A stretch of DNA of 59,648 nt, counting the filler, from Basidioascus undulatus (taxonomy: Eukaryota): assembly GCA_000826855.1 (NCBI GenBank). It is 8 parts of 8 records of this genome, joined end to end, with 100 filler letters (N's around TTAATTAATTAA, not from the genome) between each part and the next. Parts side by side here need not be neighbours in the genome. Positions count along the whole stretch, not along the records: positions 22,409 to 29,787 come from JTLS01001567.1; positions 29,888 to 37,265 come from JTLS01001568.1; 6 more parts are not named here. The stretch is one strand, 5' to 3'. Shown in pieces: positions 22,409 to 34,165 of the stretch; the stretch's first letter is position 1, and every line of letters begins with the position of its first letter. A program made the position numbers and the translations under genes. The notes below the pieces were generated by a model, which saw only the letters and a program-made list of their open reading frames with translations, searched no databases and had not been told where the DNA came from.

Positions 22409-23509
22409 GGGACGCACAGTCAAGAACGCCGCCGCGGGGTCGTTCCACCTCTCCACCTCCCGCAACTCCGCATTCATATCAGCATCAGTCGCGTACCTGT
22501 CCCATCCACCCCACGATCAGTCCCATGCGCACCACTTTCCCAATCACCCCTCTCTCCAGTCTAAACCACAAAGAAAGAAAGCAAAAAGCCAGCGCGCACG
22601 CACCTCGCCAACGGCTTATCAACCAGCGCCTCCTGCTCCCTCCTCCTCCGCTCCTTCTCGTCCCTCTGCACCAAGCCCTTCCCCCACTCCATCTTCCGCG
22701 CTTCCGCCTCCTCCGCAGCCTGCTTCCGTCGGCGCTCCTCCAGCGCCGCAGCCTTCATGTCGATCTTCCGCCCGGTAGGGTCGCGGTAGACCGTTTCTTG
22801 CTCGGCGGCTGAGGGGCCAGCGGTGGTGGGTTCGAGGGCGGCTTCAGCGGCGCGGCGGGCGGCATTCTGATACCAGCCCCGGGGAAGTTAGTTTCCGGGA
22901 AGAGGGGGGATGGGTGGGGTGGGCGGGACGAACCTCCGCGCGAAGTTGCTTGGCGGTTTTTAGGCCGCCTCGCACAGGCTCTGCCTCCTCCACCACCAAC
23001 GGCTTCTCGTCCCCCTGCTCCGGCGCCTCCTCTTCTGCGGGCGGGCCGCCCTCCCCCTCGTGCACGGTGGCCCACGCCGACGCGGCTTTCTTGAATGTCG
23101 ATGGGCCGGGGTCGGCGATAGCTGGTGGCCCCTCACTTCTCTCAGCACCTTCCCATTTCAAGAAGCAGGAGAAGGAAGAAGAAGGAGGGGGAAAGAAGGC
23201 GGAAGGAAGACGGAAGGAGGGGGGAACGAACCGGCGGCACCAGAGTCCTCCTCGTCCGAACTCCCCCCCAGCGCCCCGCCCCACGCATCCTCCTCCCGCA
23301 GCGTGACGCTCCCCTCCACCAACGTATTAACAGCCTTGCGCTTCTTCTTCTTCTTCTGCCCCGTGGACGAGCGCGCGAGGATCGCGTCCGCTTTGGGGCC
23401 GGACATGTAGCTGGGGAGGTTCGGGGCGGGAAGGTAAGTGGGGATGATGGGCTGGGGAGATGGGGAGGAGCAGTACGCACTGCGCGGCGAGGTACTCTTG
23501 CAGGCCCAT
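22409..23509 (-). CDS. BUD13: RES-complex splicing factor Bud13/Cwc26; 3' end cut by the contig edge
   Basis: MGLQEYLAAQ | YMSGPKADAILAR...KKKKKRK, QETVYRDPTGRKIDMK, MEWGKGLVQ, LAR | YATDADMNAELREVERWNDPAAAFLT. Confidence 0.93.
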
Positions 23510-24365
23510 TGTTGGGTGGCGGTGGGAGATGGGAGGAGCGGATGCGGATAGCGAGGAGATGAGGCGCTGTGACTGGAGCGCGCCAGGAGCGGGACCGAAT
23601 CTGGGGTTTCGGTGGGTGGAGATTTCGGTAGTGCCGATAGGGAAGGGTGAGGGGGAGTGGCGGGAGCGGCAAATAACCGCTGAGTTGATCGAGATTCCGC
23701 AGCTTCGAGGCTCAGTGATCGGTGTGTATGCTAAGTAGACAGATGTTGGGATGAGGAGAGGATGAGGATGAGGATGAGGCAATGTGTGCAGCGGTTGAGG
23801 TGGGGCCAGCGCTATGTAGCAGAACCCAACGGTGAACGGGACGTAGGAGGTGCGCATGCATGCAGATTTGGGGTCCCGACGAGGGACGCAGCATATTATA
23901 GAAGACGATTCCTGTTACTGTAAACACCTCAGCAGAGCAAGGCAAGGCTTGGCTTATCAAACCCATGCATGGTGCCCGATACATGAAACTGCGCCTTTGT
24001 ACTGGATACAAAAGCGTGGGCGGTAGTGCTCGGCGTTGAAGAGGATGATAAGGCACAGGTGTACTACGACTATTCATAGCCTCTCACTTTGCGGCAAGGT
24101 TTCAAATTGCCACGCTTGGCCGAGCGTCGGCAGCGTCGGGCCAATCGAGCGGAACCCGACCGCGCGCGACGTGTGGGTGTGCCCTGAACGACGTCGCCGC
24201 ACTCCGCCCCGTTTGCAGCACTCGCTTCTACCCTCCACGCCTCGTTCTCGCCTTTCTCTTCCTCCCTCGCCTCTTCGATCTTGCGGCTTGCGCCTCCCGC
24301 CGGGGCAGCAGACAAGACCCACGTCTTCGACTCGATCATTGGCAGCACTGGGAAATACTGCGGCG

Positions 24366-27300
24366 ATGAGCGCGAACACGATTTATAATGTACGTGTACG
24401 CTTGGATCTTGCTTTGCGAGGGGGAAGAGGGGATGGTGGGCGCCGAGGCCCACCCCCACGTGTCGATTCGTGTCGGCGTGTCCCGCTCCCGCTCATTCTC
24501 ATTCTTATTCATTGACTGATCCGATCGACTCTTCTCTTCTCACCCCGCCGCACCCGTCGCGCTCGCTACGCTATCCGCCGCGCCTACCCCGACCCCCCGA
24601 CACTCTCCCTCCCTCCCTCTTTCCTCTCACCCTCACTCTCCTCCGCACCGCCACCACCCCGCCTTCCCCCCGCATGCCATCACAGCACCGGCACCTGCAG
24701 CCGGCCAACGCGCCGCCGGCGTCGGTCTCCGCGCCCGCGGTCAACGCGTCCTCCCGCCTCGCCGAGCTCCTTGAGATCGTCAAGCAGGAGTTCGACGCGG
24801 TCTCGACCGACGGCGCGCTCATAAAGGGCCAGCGCGACGAGTACGAACTCAAACGTGGGTCTTCCCTTCTTCACCCCCCTCCTTCTCTACCTACTTCTTC
24901 CTCAACGCGTCTCACCCCCCCGACAGTCGCCGCCCAAATCTCCGAGATCAACGCCCTCCGCCAGAACTTCTTCGACCTCAAAACAACGCACCAAGACATC
25001 ATCCAGCGGTGAGTCCCCGTCCCCTCCCGCCTTCTTCCTCTCCCTTCAAACTCAGTCGCCTTCTCTCCCAAAGGTACGAGGAAGAGATCACGCGTCTGCG
25101 TCGCGAGCTGGACGCGCGTGGGTCCCTGCCCTCGCACGCCGCCCAGCAGTCCCCACACCCCGCGCCTGCTCCGCCAGCAGTCGCGACGCATCTCCCGCCC
25201 GTGGGCCCGATCCTGCCCGGCGCGCCCCTAGTTGCCACGGGCGGGGCGGCCCCGAACGTCGGGCGCGCGCCCCAAGGGCTCTTCGGGGGGATGATGGCCC
25301 CCGGAAGTGGAGGGGGCGCGTCGGCCGCGTCCCCCACGGCTGGGGCAGAGCGCGCGGGCGAGGGGGCATACGGCGGCGCGTACGGGAATGGGGCCGGCGC
25401 GGGTGGACATCCACCGCCGGGTCCGGCGCCGGGCGAACACCCCAGCAAGCGGATGAGGGCGGACGACGGGCAGGCGTATGGGGGGCACACAAAGGGTGCG
25501 TGGTTTGTCTCTGAGCGAGGGTATGGCGGTTATTGACCGGGGATGGTTTTGCGGAGAACAGGCAGCGTCCCCCCTACCTCCACGTCCACGCACCCCTCCC
25601 CCTACGGCTCGCACGCGCAGCCCAAGGCGCTCCCGCCGTCGACCTCCGGCTCCTACGGCGCGGGCTCGCCCGTCGCCTCCCAGGCCGTGCCCGCGGGGTA
25701 CATGCCCAACCCGCCCGCGTCGCTCCAGCAAGCGCAGGCGCAGGCTCCGGGCTCCCCCACGGCCGACGGCGGAGCGAACGTGTTCGACTTCTCCGATCCG
25801 GACTCGCTCCCGCGCGAGTACAAGAAGGAGGGAAGCGACTGGATCGCCATGTTTAACCCGAACTCGCGCCGCGTGCTGGACGTCAGTCTGGTGCATAACC
25901 TCGTGCATGAGAGGTGCGCGCTCTTTCCCGTGTGTTGGATGGAGGAGGAGGAGGAGGGGAGGCTGATGTGGGGCGGGGATAACAGCGTCGTCTGCTGCGT
26001 TCGCTTTAGTCAGGACGGGAAGTTCCTTGCGACCGGGTGCAACCGCACAGCGCAGATCTATGATACCAAGACGGGTGCGAAGACTTGGTGCGTCTGCTGC
26101 GTTGGCCGGTGGGGTAAAGGGGGTGGAATGGTGGGAGATGGTGGCTGATGTGGGTGCGTGGGGGACAGCGTGCTCGTGGACGAGAACGTCGCGAGCAAGG
26201 GCGACCTGTACATCCGCTCTGTGTGCTTTAGCCACGATGGCAAGTACCTCGCGACGGGGGCGGAGGACAAGCAGATCCGGGTGCGTGGTACTTTTTTTCG
26301 CGGGATGATGGGGAAGCAGAGGAGGGGAGGGGAAGGAGAGGATTAAGATGGGCTAACGGACGAGTGGGCGTGCAGATCTGGGACATCGCGAAGCGTCGTA
26401 TCCGCACCCTCTTCACAGGGCACAAGCAAGAGATCTACTCGCTCGACTTCTCGCGCGACGGGCGCTTCGTCGCGTCCGGCTCCGGTGACAAAACCGCGCG
26501 GCTCTGGGACCTCGAGAACAACAACTGCATGTTCACGTTCAACATCGAGGACGTCATCATCGGCGAGAATGGGCCGATCGACTCGGGCGTCACGTCCGTC
26601 GCGATCTCCCCGGACGGGCGGCTCATCGCCGCCGGCTCGCTCGACACGAAAGTGCGCGTGTGGGACGCCAAGACGGGGCAGCAGCTGGAACGGCTGATGG
26701 GGCACAAGGATAGCGTTTATTCGGTTGCGTTTAGTCCGGATGGGAAGACGCTGGTTAGTGGGAGTCTGGATAAGACGTTGAGGCTATGGGATTTGGGGGG
26801 CACGGTGAGCGCGTTGCAGGGCGGGAACCCGCCTGTCGTGAAGAATGAGCAGAATGGAGAGAAGACGGGGCATGCGACTTGCTTGACGACGTTTGTGGGT
26901 CACAAGGTGCGTCGCTATCCTCCCCCCCCCCTCTCTCCCTCCTTTCCCATCCCCTCTCCCCGTCTTCCTTCCCCACCCCCCCACTCTTTTTTCTCCCTCT
27001 CGAGCGGTGACTGACGTACGGGGGCTGTTCTGGATGGGGTTGTTGGGGGGACAAACAGGACTACGTACTCTCCGTCGCCGTCTCGCCCGACGGCGCGTGG
27101 ATCGTCTCCGGGTCCAAAGACCGCGGCGTCCAGTTCTGGGACCCGCGCACTTCGCAGCCGCAGCTCATGCTCCAGGGCCACAAAAACTCGGGTGAGCCTC
27201 TTCCGCCTCCTTCCTCCCTCTTTTCCCCACCTATCCCCTCCCCTCCTCTTCGGCTTCCCGCGCGTCGTTCTGTCGGCGGCTTCTTGTGATGTGTTGGGAA

Positions 27301-27530
27301 TGGGTTGACTGACGTGCATGGTGGTGGGTGGTGGGACCAGTCATCTCGATCGACCTCTCCCCGCGAGGCGTCCTCCTCGCGACCGGCAGCGGAGATTACC
27401 ACGCGCGCGTCTGTGCGTCCCCCTTTCTCTTCCCTGTCCTCCTTGCCCACACCTTCCCCCTCCATCCCCTCTCCCCGCACCCCCTAACGCAACCCTTCTC
27501 TGCGCCACAGGGAGCTACACGACCGAATGA
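24366..27530 (+). CDS. TUP1: General transcriptional corepressor Tup1 (Tup_N coiled coil plus WD40 propeller)
   Basis: MSANTIYN | HRHLQP...[95 protein letters not shown] | VISIDLSP, ...WSYTTE*. Confidence 0.97.
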
Positions 27531-28898
27531 GGCCGCGCCTCTTTCCCCCCTCGCAGTTGGTTGACACGACGTGACGGGTCCGACTTTTCCCCTTCCTCTT
27601 GTTTCTCCTGTGTTGTACCATTTTTCTGGGGCCTCGAGAGAGAGCACCGTATAAAAGAAGCTTGTGACTTTCGAGCGCCCCTTGACGTTGGGCGCCGCTG
27701 TGCTTGGTGTGGAAAGGGGGAGGGGAAGACGCTGCCAGAGGGAGAAGTTGGGAGAAGTGGAGTGAGAACTGGGGAAGCGGGGTTGCTTGGTTGGAAAATG
27801 AGGGTGGGGTTGTGGTCTGTGTTAAATTCTGGATGTTAAATTATTCTAGATGCGAGGAAGAGATCGGACGCTGGAGCGACGGCGCGCAACGGTGTCTTTG
27901 ACTTGAACTCGCCACAACGCGCCAGCTACGACCTTCAGCCGCACCATAAAGTGAGTTTCACCATAAAGTGAGTTTACCATTGTTGTTGGAGCGGTGTTTC
28001 GAATAGGCTTCGGTACGTCGGACAGCAGGTGTCGGGTTGACGAGCAGTGAAGTGAATATCTGCAGGCATGCACTATGCTTTCCTCGTTCGTAGTCACGAG
28101 CTCTGTGGTTGACTCCCCTGACTGCACGGAGATAGTACGATGTCTGTAGCACAGGCTGCACTGAAGCAGAATCTCTGTCCTCAAAGCAAGTTCAGACCAC
28201 CGAGATTCTAATGCTTATGTGGCAGAACGTACCCGTCAGTTCCCATCTGTGTGTCTCGTTGTCTATCGTGACATATTCCGGGAACTTATCCGGAGGATCT
28301 TTTATCAATGGTCGTACCTGTAGTCAGCCCTCACTCTGCGCGAAGCTGGATGGAGGGACGGACCTTTGACTACAGCCTCTGCATGGTTACCCAGATCTTG
28401 GTTGCATGCGAAGCAAAATAGACCGCAGGAAGTGACTTCAGGAGGCCGCGAACGAGCTCTGTTACAGGGGTATTGGAGGAGGCCATTATCGATGTGCTGG
28501 GCGACGATCTGAATTCAAGGCAGGTTTGAGAAGCGGAGCTAGTGGCAGGCAATCAGCGGTACGATGAACCGTCAGCCTCGGCCTACGAGCATCCACCTGA
28601 AGTTTCTTTAGGGGTGGGTGTTACAGGGCTTTCGGTACTCATGGTGATGTGTTGCGGGGGGTCAATCTGGCGCTTGGCTGTGTTATCTGCTTTGACTTGC
28701 GTTTGTTACGGGCTGAGCCAAATTTACAAGAAAATACTATGAGTGCTGGAAAACTATGTGTCCATGAAAGTCTGTGAAGGTTACGGCAAGCAACCCAGAA
28801 TTATGCAGGCGCAGCGGTGCATTCGCGGAGTTTCCACTTTCAGCTCGACACACCTGCTTGAGGGTCGATGAACAGCGAACCATACAAATCGGCAGGCT

Positions 28899-29787
28899 TC
28901 ATGCTGAGCAGCGCTTCATTTCCCATCCGTTCAATCCCTTCCCCGCACACTCCCCCACACCGACCACCCACCGCCCGTCTAGGCTCACAGCCGGGCCGCG
29001 GAGGGTTACTTCCCCCAGTTCCTCGTCTTCCTCTTCTTCCGCGGACAGGACCCAGGTGCCCAGGTCGTCGGAGTCGAGGGTGGGCTGGGCGCGCTCGAGG
29101 AGCGTGGGGGGGAGTTGTGGGGTGGTGCGACAGAGGGCGCGTGGGGGAAGGGGCGCAGGGCGGAGTGACTTGAAGGGGAGGATGTGGATTTGGGGGGGGG
29201 AGGTGGAGGTGGGCAGGTAGATCAGGGCAGTAGTGCTTGCGTCTTTGGAGGAGGAAGGGAAGGGGTGGTGGACGACCGTGAAAGGCTGGAACCACACGGG
29301 CGAGGGCGGTTTGGGGTGGTACGAGAGGATTTGGAAAGCGTGTGGCTCGCTGGTGGGGCGGGCGAGGTGCTCGGTTCGGGTGATCGGCTGGGTAGGCGAG
29401 GACGGGGAGGGGAAGTAGGAGGACAGGGATGTCCAGCGCGTTAGGGCGAGGTGGTCGTCCACTGTTCCTTTGGAGAGGAATAGGTCGTCGTGCAGCCTAA
29501 GGGTGGCCTGTCAGGATCTCCGGCGGGAAGGTGCGCAGGGAAGAGAAGGGGCACGGGCAGGAAAGAAGAAGGGAAGTAGGGGCAGAGAAGACGCACCAAG
29601 CGACGCAGTCCACGTAGTCGACGTGGATCTCGTCCGAGCTGAAGAGGGGGTAGAACTCCTCTGCCGGCTTCGCGTTGGGAGCGGGTGGGGAAGGGGAATG
29701 GGAGGAGGGAACGGGAGGGAGAGGGGGGAGACGCCAGATCTTGATTTGGCGGTCTAGGCCGGAGGAGATGAGGAGGGGGAGGGGGGG
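28899..29787 (-). CDS. EED: Polycomb PRC2 subunit EED/ESC-like WD40 protein, C-terminal part (5' end cut; exact 3' end uncertain)
   Basis: LLISSGLDRQIKIW...FYPLFSSDEIHVDYVDCVAW | LHDDLFLSKG...VWFQPF...LRGPAVSLDGRWVVGVG. This parallels EED motifs SCGMDHSLKLW, FPDFSTRDIHRNYVDCVRW, DLILSKS, IWYMRF and IRQTSFSRD. Confidence 0.75.
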
Positions 29788-29887
29788 NNNNNNNNNNNNN
29801 NNNNNNNNNNNNNNNNNNNNNNNNNNNNNNNTTAATTAATTAANNNNNNNNNNNNNNNNNNNNNNNNNNNNNNNNNNNNNNNNNNNN
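29788..29887. other. Artificial contig-concatenation linker
   Basis: N44-TTAATTAATTAA-N44. Confidence 0.99.
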
Positions 29888-30784
29888 TTTTGGCAAGGCA
29901 GTATTGTAAGCCTTCCCCCCCCCCTCCCTCCCCTAACACACACATATATTCGCTGTCGGATCAGTTTGCTGAACCACTGCTCGTTTTTGACAGGTTGATT
30001 TCCTCCCCCCCTTATCGGACCTTGCATCTCTGGAGAGTGTCGATTTCACTCAAGGCGTTCCGTTGCCCGATCCCTATTTGACTTGTGCCGATTTGGTCGA
30101 TGCGTCTCTCGGCCCCGATGGCCTCGATATGCTGCAAATGAATGCTTCTCCATTGAAATTGCCGCAGCGTGTGGAACGTTACAGTTGCCCTTGTCCTGAG
30201 GTCTCCGTAGGTCTCTGTGCACCTAGCATCGCTTTCAGGAGCTGTGAAAAAGTGCTGTTTAAGCTTGATGAGGCCCGGTAGCATCATGCTCACACAGTGT
30301 GCAACGTGAAAGAAGTAGCAGCATCACAAGAAGTCGCAACGGGCAAGGGACTCGAGCCCAATCTGGGCGAAACCGGCCAGTAGATACACAAAAAGCATTT
30401 CATCCAAGATAAAGTGGCATTTTTTGGTGAGGTGAGCGAGAAAGTCCATGGGAGTCGAAGGCGCGTTGCACGTCAATGCAGCCCACGCACGGGTCCGGCA
30501 CATTGCGTTCCTGTTTCTGCATGGGTTCATCCTGGTCTGCTCACAACTCGTAAACATATGTAACGAGTATTACCAATCTTTTACAGGAACAGCATGCGTG
30601 GTATCTGTGGTATCGGAGCAGTATCAAATTCGTCCCCATCTGTCTCTGTCAGGTCGCACTGTAGTCCGAGGAGTAAGGTGTGGGCATTGGCCCAAGACTT
30701 TTCAAAATCTCCGCAGCAGAAGCCAAAAATCACCCCAAGCACCCAGCTGCTCACGGAATAAGCCAATCATCAACCCAAGCCCTC

Positions 30785-32656
30785 CTACAGTCCCAGCGTC
30801 TCCCTCCGTCCACTCTCCAGCCACTCCCTCATCCACTCCTGCAACGCCCATCCCTCGCAGTCGCCCACTGCCTTCACACCCCGCGGCAGGTCCTCCCCCT
30901 CCCTCACCTCATCCGGCAAGAGCACCTCCCCCTCGCCCTGGGTGAACCACGGGTGCGCGAGCGCGTCGCCTGCACGCAGGCGGCTTGCGGGCGAGTACTG
31001 CAGCAGACGGAGGATCAGGTCGTCCGGTGTTGGCCGCGCGGAGGAAGGCGCGAGGTGCGCCGTGGGGAGGGGAGGGTGGTCTGGCGCGGGAGGGAGGTTC
31101 GGGAGAAGCGATGAGAGCGAGACGCTGGATTTGGGCCGGAAGGAGAGCTTGTTCGCGTCGGGGAGGGAGTTGTATTCCTGAATAACATGAATAGGTTGGA
31201 ATGTCAGTTTCAGTGGGGTTGGGTGGGAGCGTTTGTGTTCAAGGGGAAAGGCAACGACTTACCGGCCAGCTCTCCTCGTCCGCCGAGCCGCGCACACCAA
31301 AGATGCTCCCGACGAGCCCGAGCTCCCCACGGGTCGCATCAAACAGGGGCACGCGGATCCACCTCCCCGGTTGGTCCGGCACTGCAGCGTCCCACCACTG
31401 GAACGCCGTCGCGTCGTCCGCCGAGGGCTCGCGGCGCCCCGGAGCCGCCGCCGGGGTAGGGGCGAACGCGAAGTCGGGGGTGGAGGGGGAGGTGGATGTG
31501 GAGGAAGGGGAAGAGATGGGCGTCGGGCGAGAGGGGAGGAAGCGGAGGGGCCGGAAGAAGGAGGAGAGCGTGCAGCCGAGGGACCAGAGGTCCGTCGCGG
31601 GCGCGGAGTAGGATGTCGGGCCGAAGAGGAGCTCGGGGGCGCGGTAAGGCCTGCAAGGAAAAGAGAGCATTCAGCATCATCCTGAATCTGCGAAGAGCAA
31701 GCGGGAACACCGCTCACCCGGTCGCGACCTCATGGTGCATGCCCTTCCCCTCCCCGCGCTCATCCTCCATCCCGGGCTCCCACGCAACCCCAAAGTCGAT
31801 CAATTTGACGCATCCATGCGGGTCGATAACAACGTTCGCAGGATTAACGTCCCGGTGTGCTATGCCCTGGACGTCGTGGAGGTGCCGCAGGGCGAGCAGG
31901 AGCTGGAACCCGAGGCTGCGCGCGGCGAGGTCGAAGCGGCGGAGGGGGTTGGACAGGGGCGAGAGTCCAGCGGGCGGGCTTGGGGAGAAGGAGGGGAGGG
32001 AGAGGAGGTGCGAGAGGGAGAGCGGGTGGAGCGGGAGCGTGAGAACGTAGATCGAGTCGATCTCGTATGCGTTCAGGAGGGCGACGACCTGTGCTGACCC
32101 TGACCTATCAGCCTCTCCGCGAACTCGCTCCCATCGGATCTGATGAAGAAATCAGAGAGAACGCACGTTCGGATGTCGCATCCTCCCCAGCATCCGCGCC
32201 TCGCGCAGGACATCATGCGGCTTCCTCTCCTGATTCACGAACTTGTTGACGGCCTTGAGGGCGACCCATCCTCTGAGCCCGCCGACGTCGTCGTCTTCCT
32301 CGCCCACCTCTCCCAGGTCCTCCTCCTCCCCGTCCTCCGTCGCAGACCACTTCTCGTGCGCCTCCCGCGCCGCAGCGAAGCGCAGGCGCGGGCGCCACTG
32401 CGCGCTGTAGATGATGGCGTGCCGGCCCTCGGTGAGCGGCTCGACAGTGCCCTTTCGACTCCAGACGCACTCCCGTCAGCCTGAGGATGCTCGCTTGGAG
32501 AATGTAGGCGGACTGGGAGTGGAGACGCACCGCATCCACGCCTACTGAGTGCCCGTGCAGCCTCCCAGGCTCGATAACCGAAGCGCCTTCCTCCGGTGCG
32601 GCAGGGCCGGCGTGCGCCCACGCCGGCGAGTCCTCATCGTCGCTGTCGTCCCACAT
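30785..32656 (-). CDS. CDK-related Ser/Thr kinase, fungal Cak1/Csk1 (monomeric CAK)-like
   Basis: VALKAV, PHDVLREARML, IAHRDVNPANVVI, KLIDFG, EVATG | PYRAPELLFG, DLWSLGC, LFDATRGELGLVGSIF, LAHPWF; stop at 30785-30787. The start codon is uncertain. Confidence 0.85.
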
Positions 32657-33465
32657 CTACTGAGCTAATTGAACGTAGGGGAGGGGGGGAGGGGCAGAAG
32701 GGAAAGCTGTGATGATGGTAAAGAATCAAGAGGCAGTGCGCGCTCTGACTGCGTTCGCCGTAAGAAGTAGCGGCAGCCGAGGCTCACTCGGACTTCCAGC
32801 TCGGATATGCGGACGGATGCAAACGGCTCCGAGTTTACCAGCGACGCCGGAGAGCTCGTCGAATAGTAGACGGCTTGGCGATGCCACATAATTTTTTGTG
32901 TGTCGACGTGGCAGTGCAACGTGGCAGCAATCAAGCAGGGATACACATGGATGCATGCCGAATGGCATACGGCTCAAGATGGTGATGACGCCCGCTCAGC
33001 GATACGCGTGGGGCAGGGAGGCCCGGGCGTCGAGCCTTCAAGATCCAAGACCGAATGCTTCGACATATGAATGTGAAAAAGTGAACAAGATATCGTGATA
33101 GTCATGGAGCGAGGGTCGACATGCAAACCAGCGAGCAGCGAAAGGCGAGCGCCGCAGGCAGCAGGCAGATATGTCCACGAAGGTTACTGCGTATGTGTAT
33201 GGCGGTCGCTCAAGCCGAACGAGTCGCAAATGGAATCCGGTATTACATGTGTTGGCCTCAAAAGAAGGTGGTAAAGTGAATGCAATCCGCGCGGCTGACG
33301 AAGGTAGGTGGATGGGGCACGAAGTGTTCAAGTATAAGTCCGGCCAAGGGTGGGTGGGGAACATCGAAGGGTTATTTGGGTGGTGTTGGGGCGGCAATAA
33401 ATCAGGGAGGTGCGTGCGGGCGTGGGTGAGGAGTTTGTGTACGGGTACGGGAAGAGGGACAACGT

Positions 33466-34165
33466 TCAGCGCCGCGCCTGGATCTTGATGCAGCCCTTCG
33501 AGGAGGGGTCGGGCGTCCAGCCTGGCGCGCAGGAGTGCACCTTGCACGCGCCGCGCTCGCAACCGACGTTGCCGACGCCGGGGAGGGCCATGCAGTCGAC
33601 GCTGTGGTGAAAAGTGCAGGGTGAGCAGGCGAAGGGGCGTCAGGAACGGACCGAGGAGGCAGAGACAGACATACCCCTTGCCAAAGCCGACACAGCCGCC
33701 GCACGAGTTCAGCTCGCTGTCCTCGACCATTCCTCCATCAGAACGCGCCCTTCGTCGAGGGAGAGAGAAAGAAACTTACGTCCGGGGGTCAATGCACTCG
33801 AACCCGACCTTGAACCAGTCCGCAAGGCTGTTCAGCTTGGACTTCACGCCGGGCTGCTCGACTGTCGGGCACGCGATGTTCTCCTTCGGGCAGAGGAAGC
33901 TCGAGTAGTCCTTCTTGTCCGCCGCGCCGCCCGTCTTCTTCGCGTTCCCCAAGGGACGCTGCTGTGGCACGGAACGCCTACGCGCGGACGGCGCGGGCGC
34001 GCGTGGACCCAGCTTTCGCGGAGGCGGCGCGGCGCGCTTTGCCGGCGTGTTGGCGGCGCCGGTGTTTTCGGCGACGGGGGTGGGGTTTGAGAGCGCGGGG
34101 GAGATGACGGCGAGGAGGAGGGTGAGGAGAAGGAGGGAAGACAGCCGGCGGAGTGGGGAGAGCAT
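33466..34165 (-). CDS. Small secreted Cys-rich PriA/Cpl1-like protein; 2 introns
   Basis: Signal peptide, then LCPKENIACP...GFECIDPRT | ELNSCGGCVGFGKG | VDCMALPGVGNVGCERGACKVHSCAPGW...GCIKIQARR*. This is the ECxD...LxSCGGC...DC...C..G.C....C..GW pattern of the basidiomycete PriA/Cpl1 domain. Confidence 0.88.
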
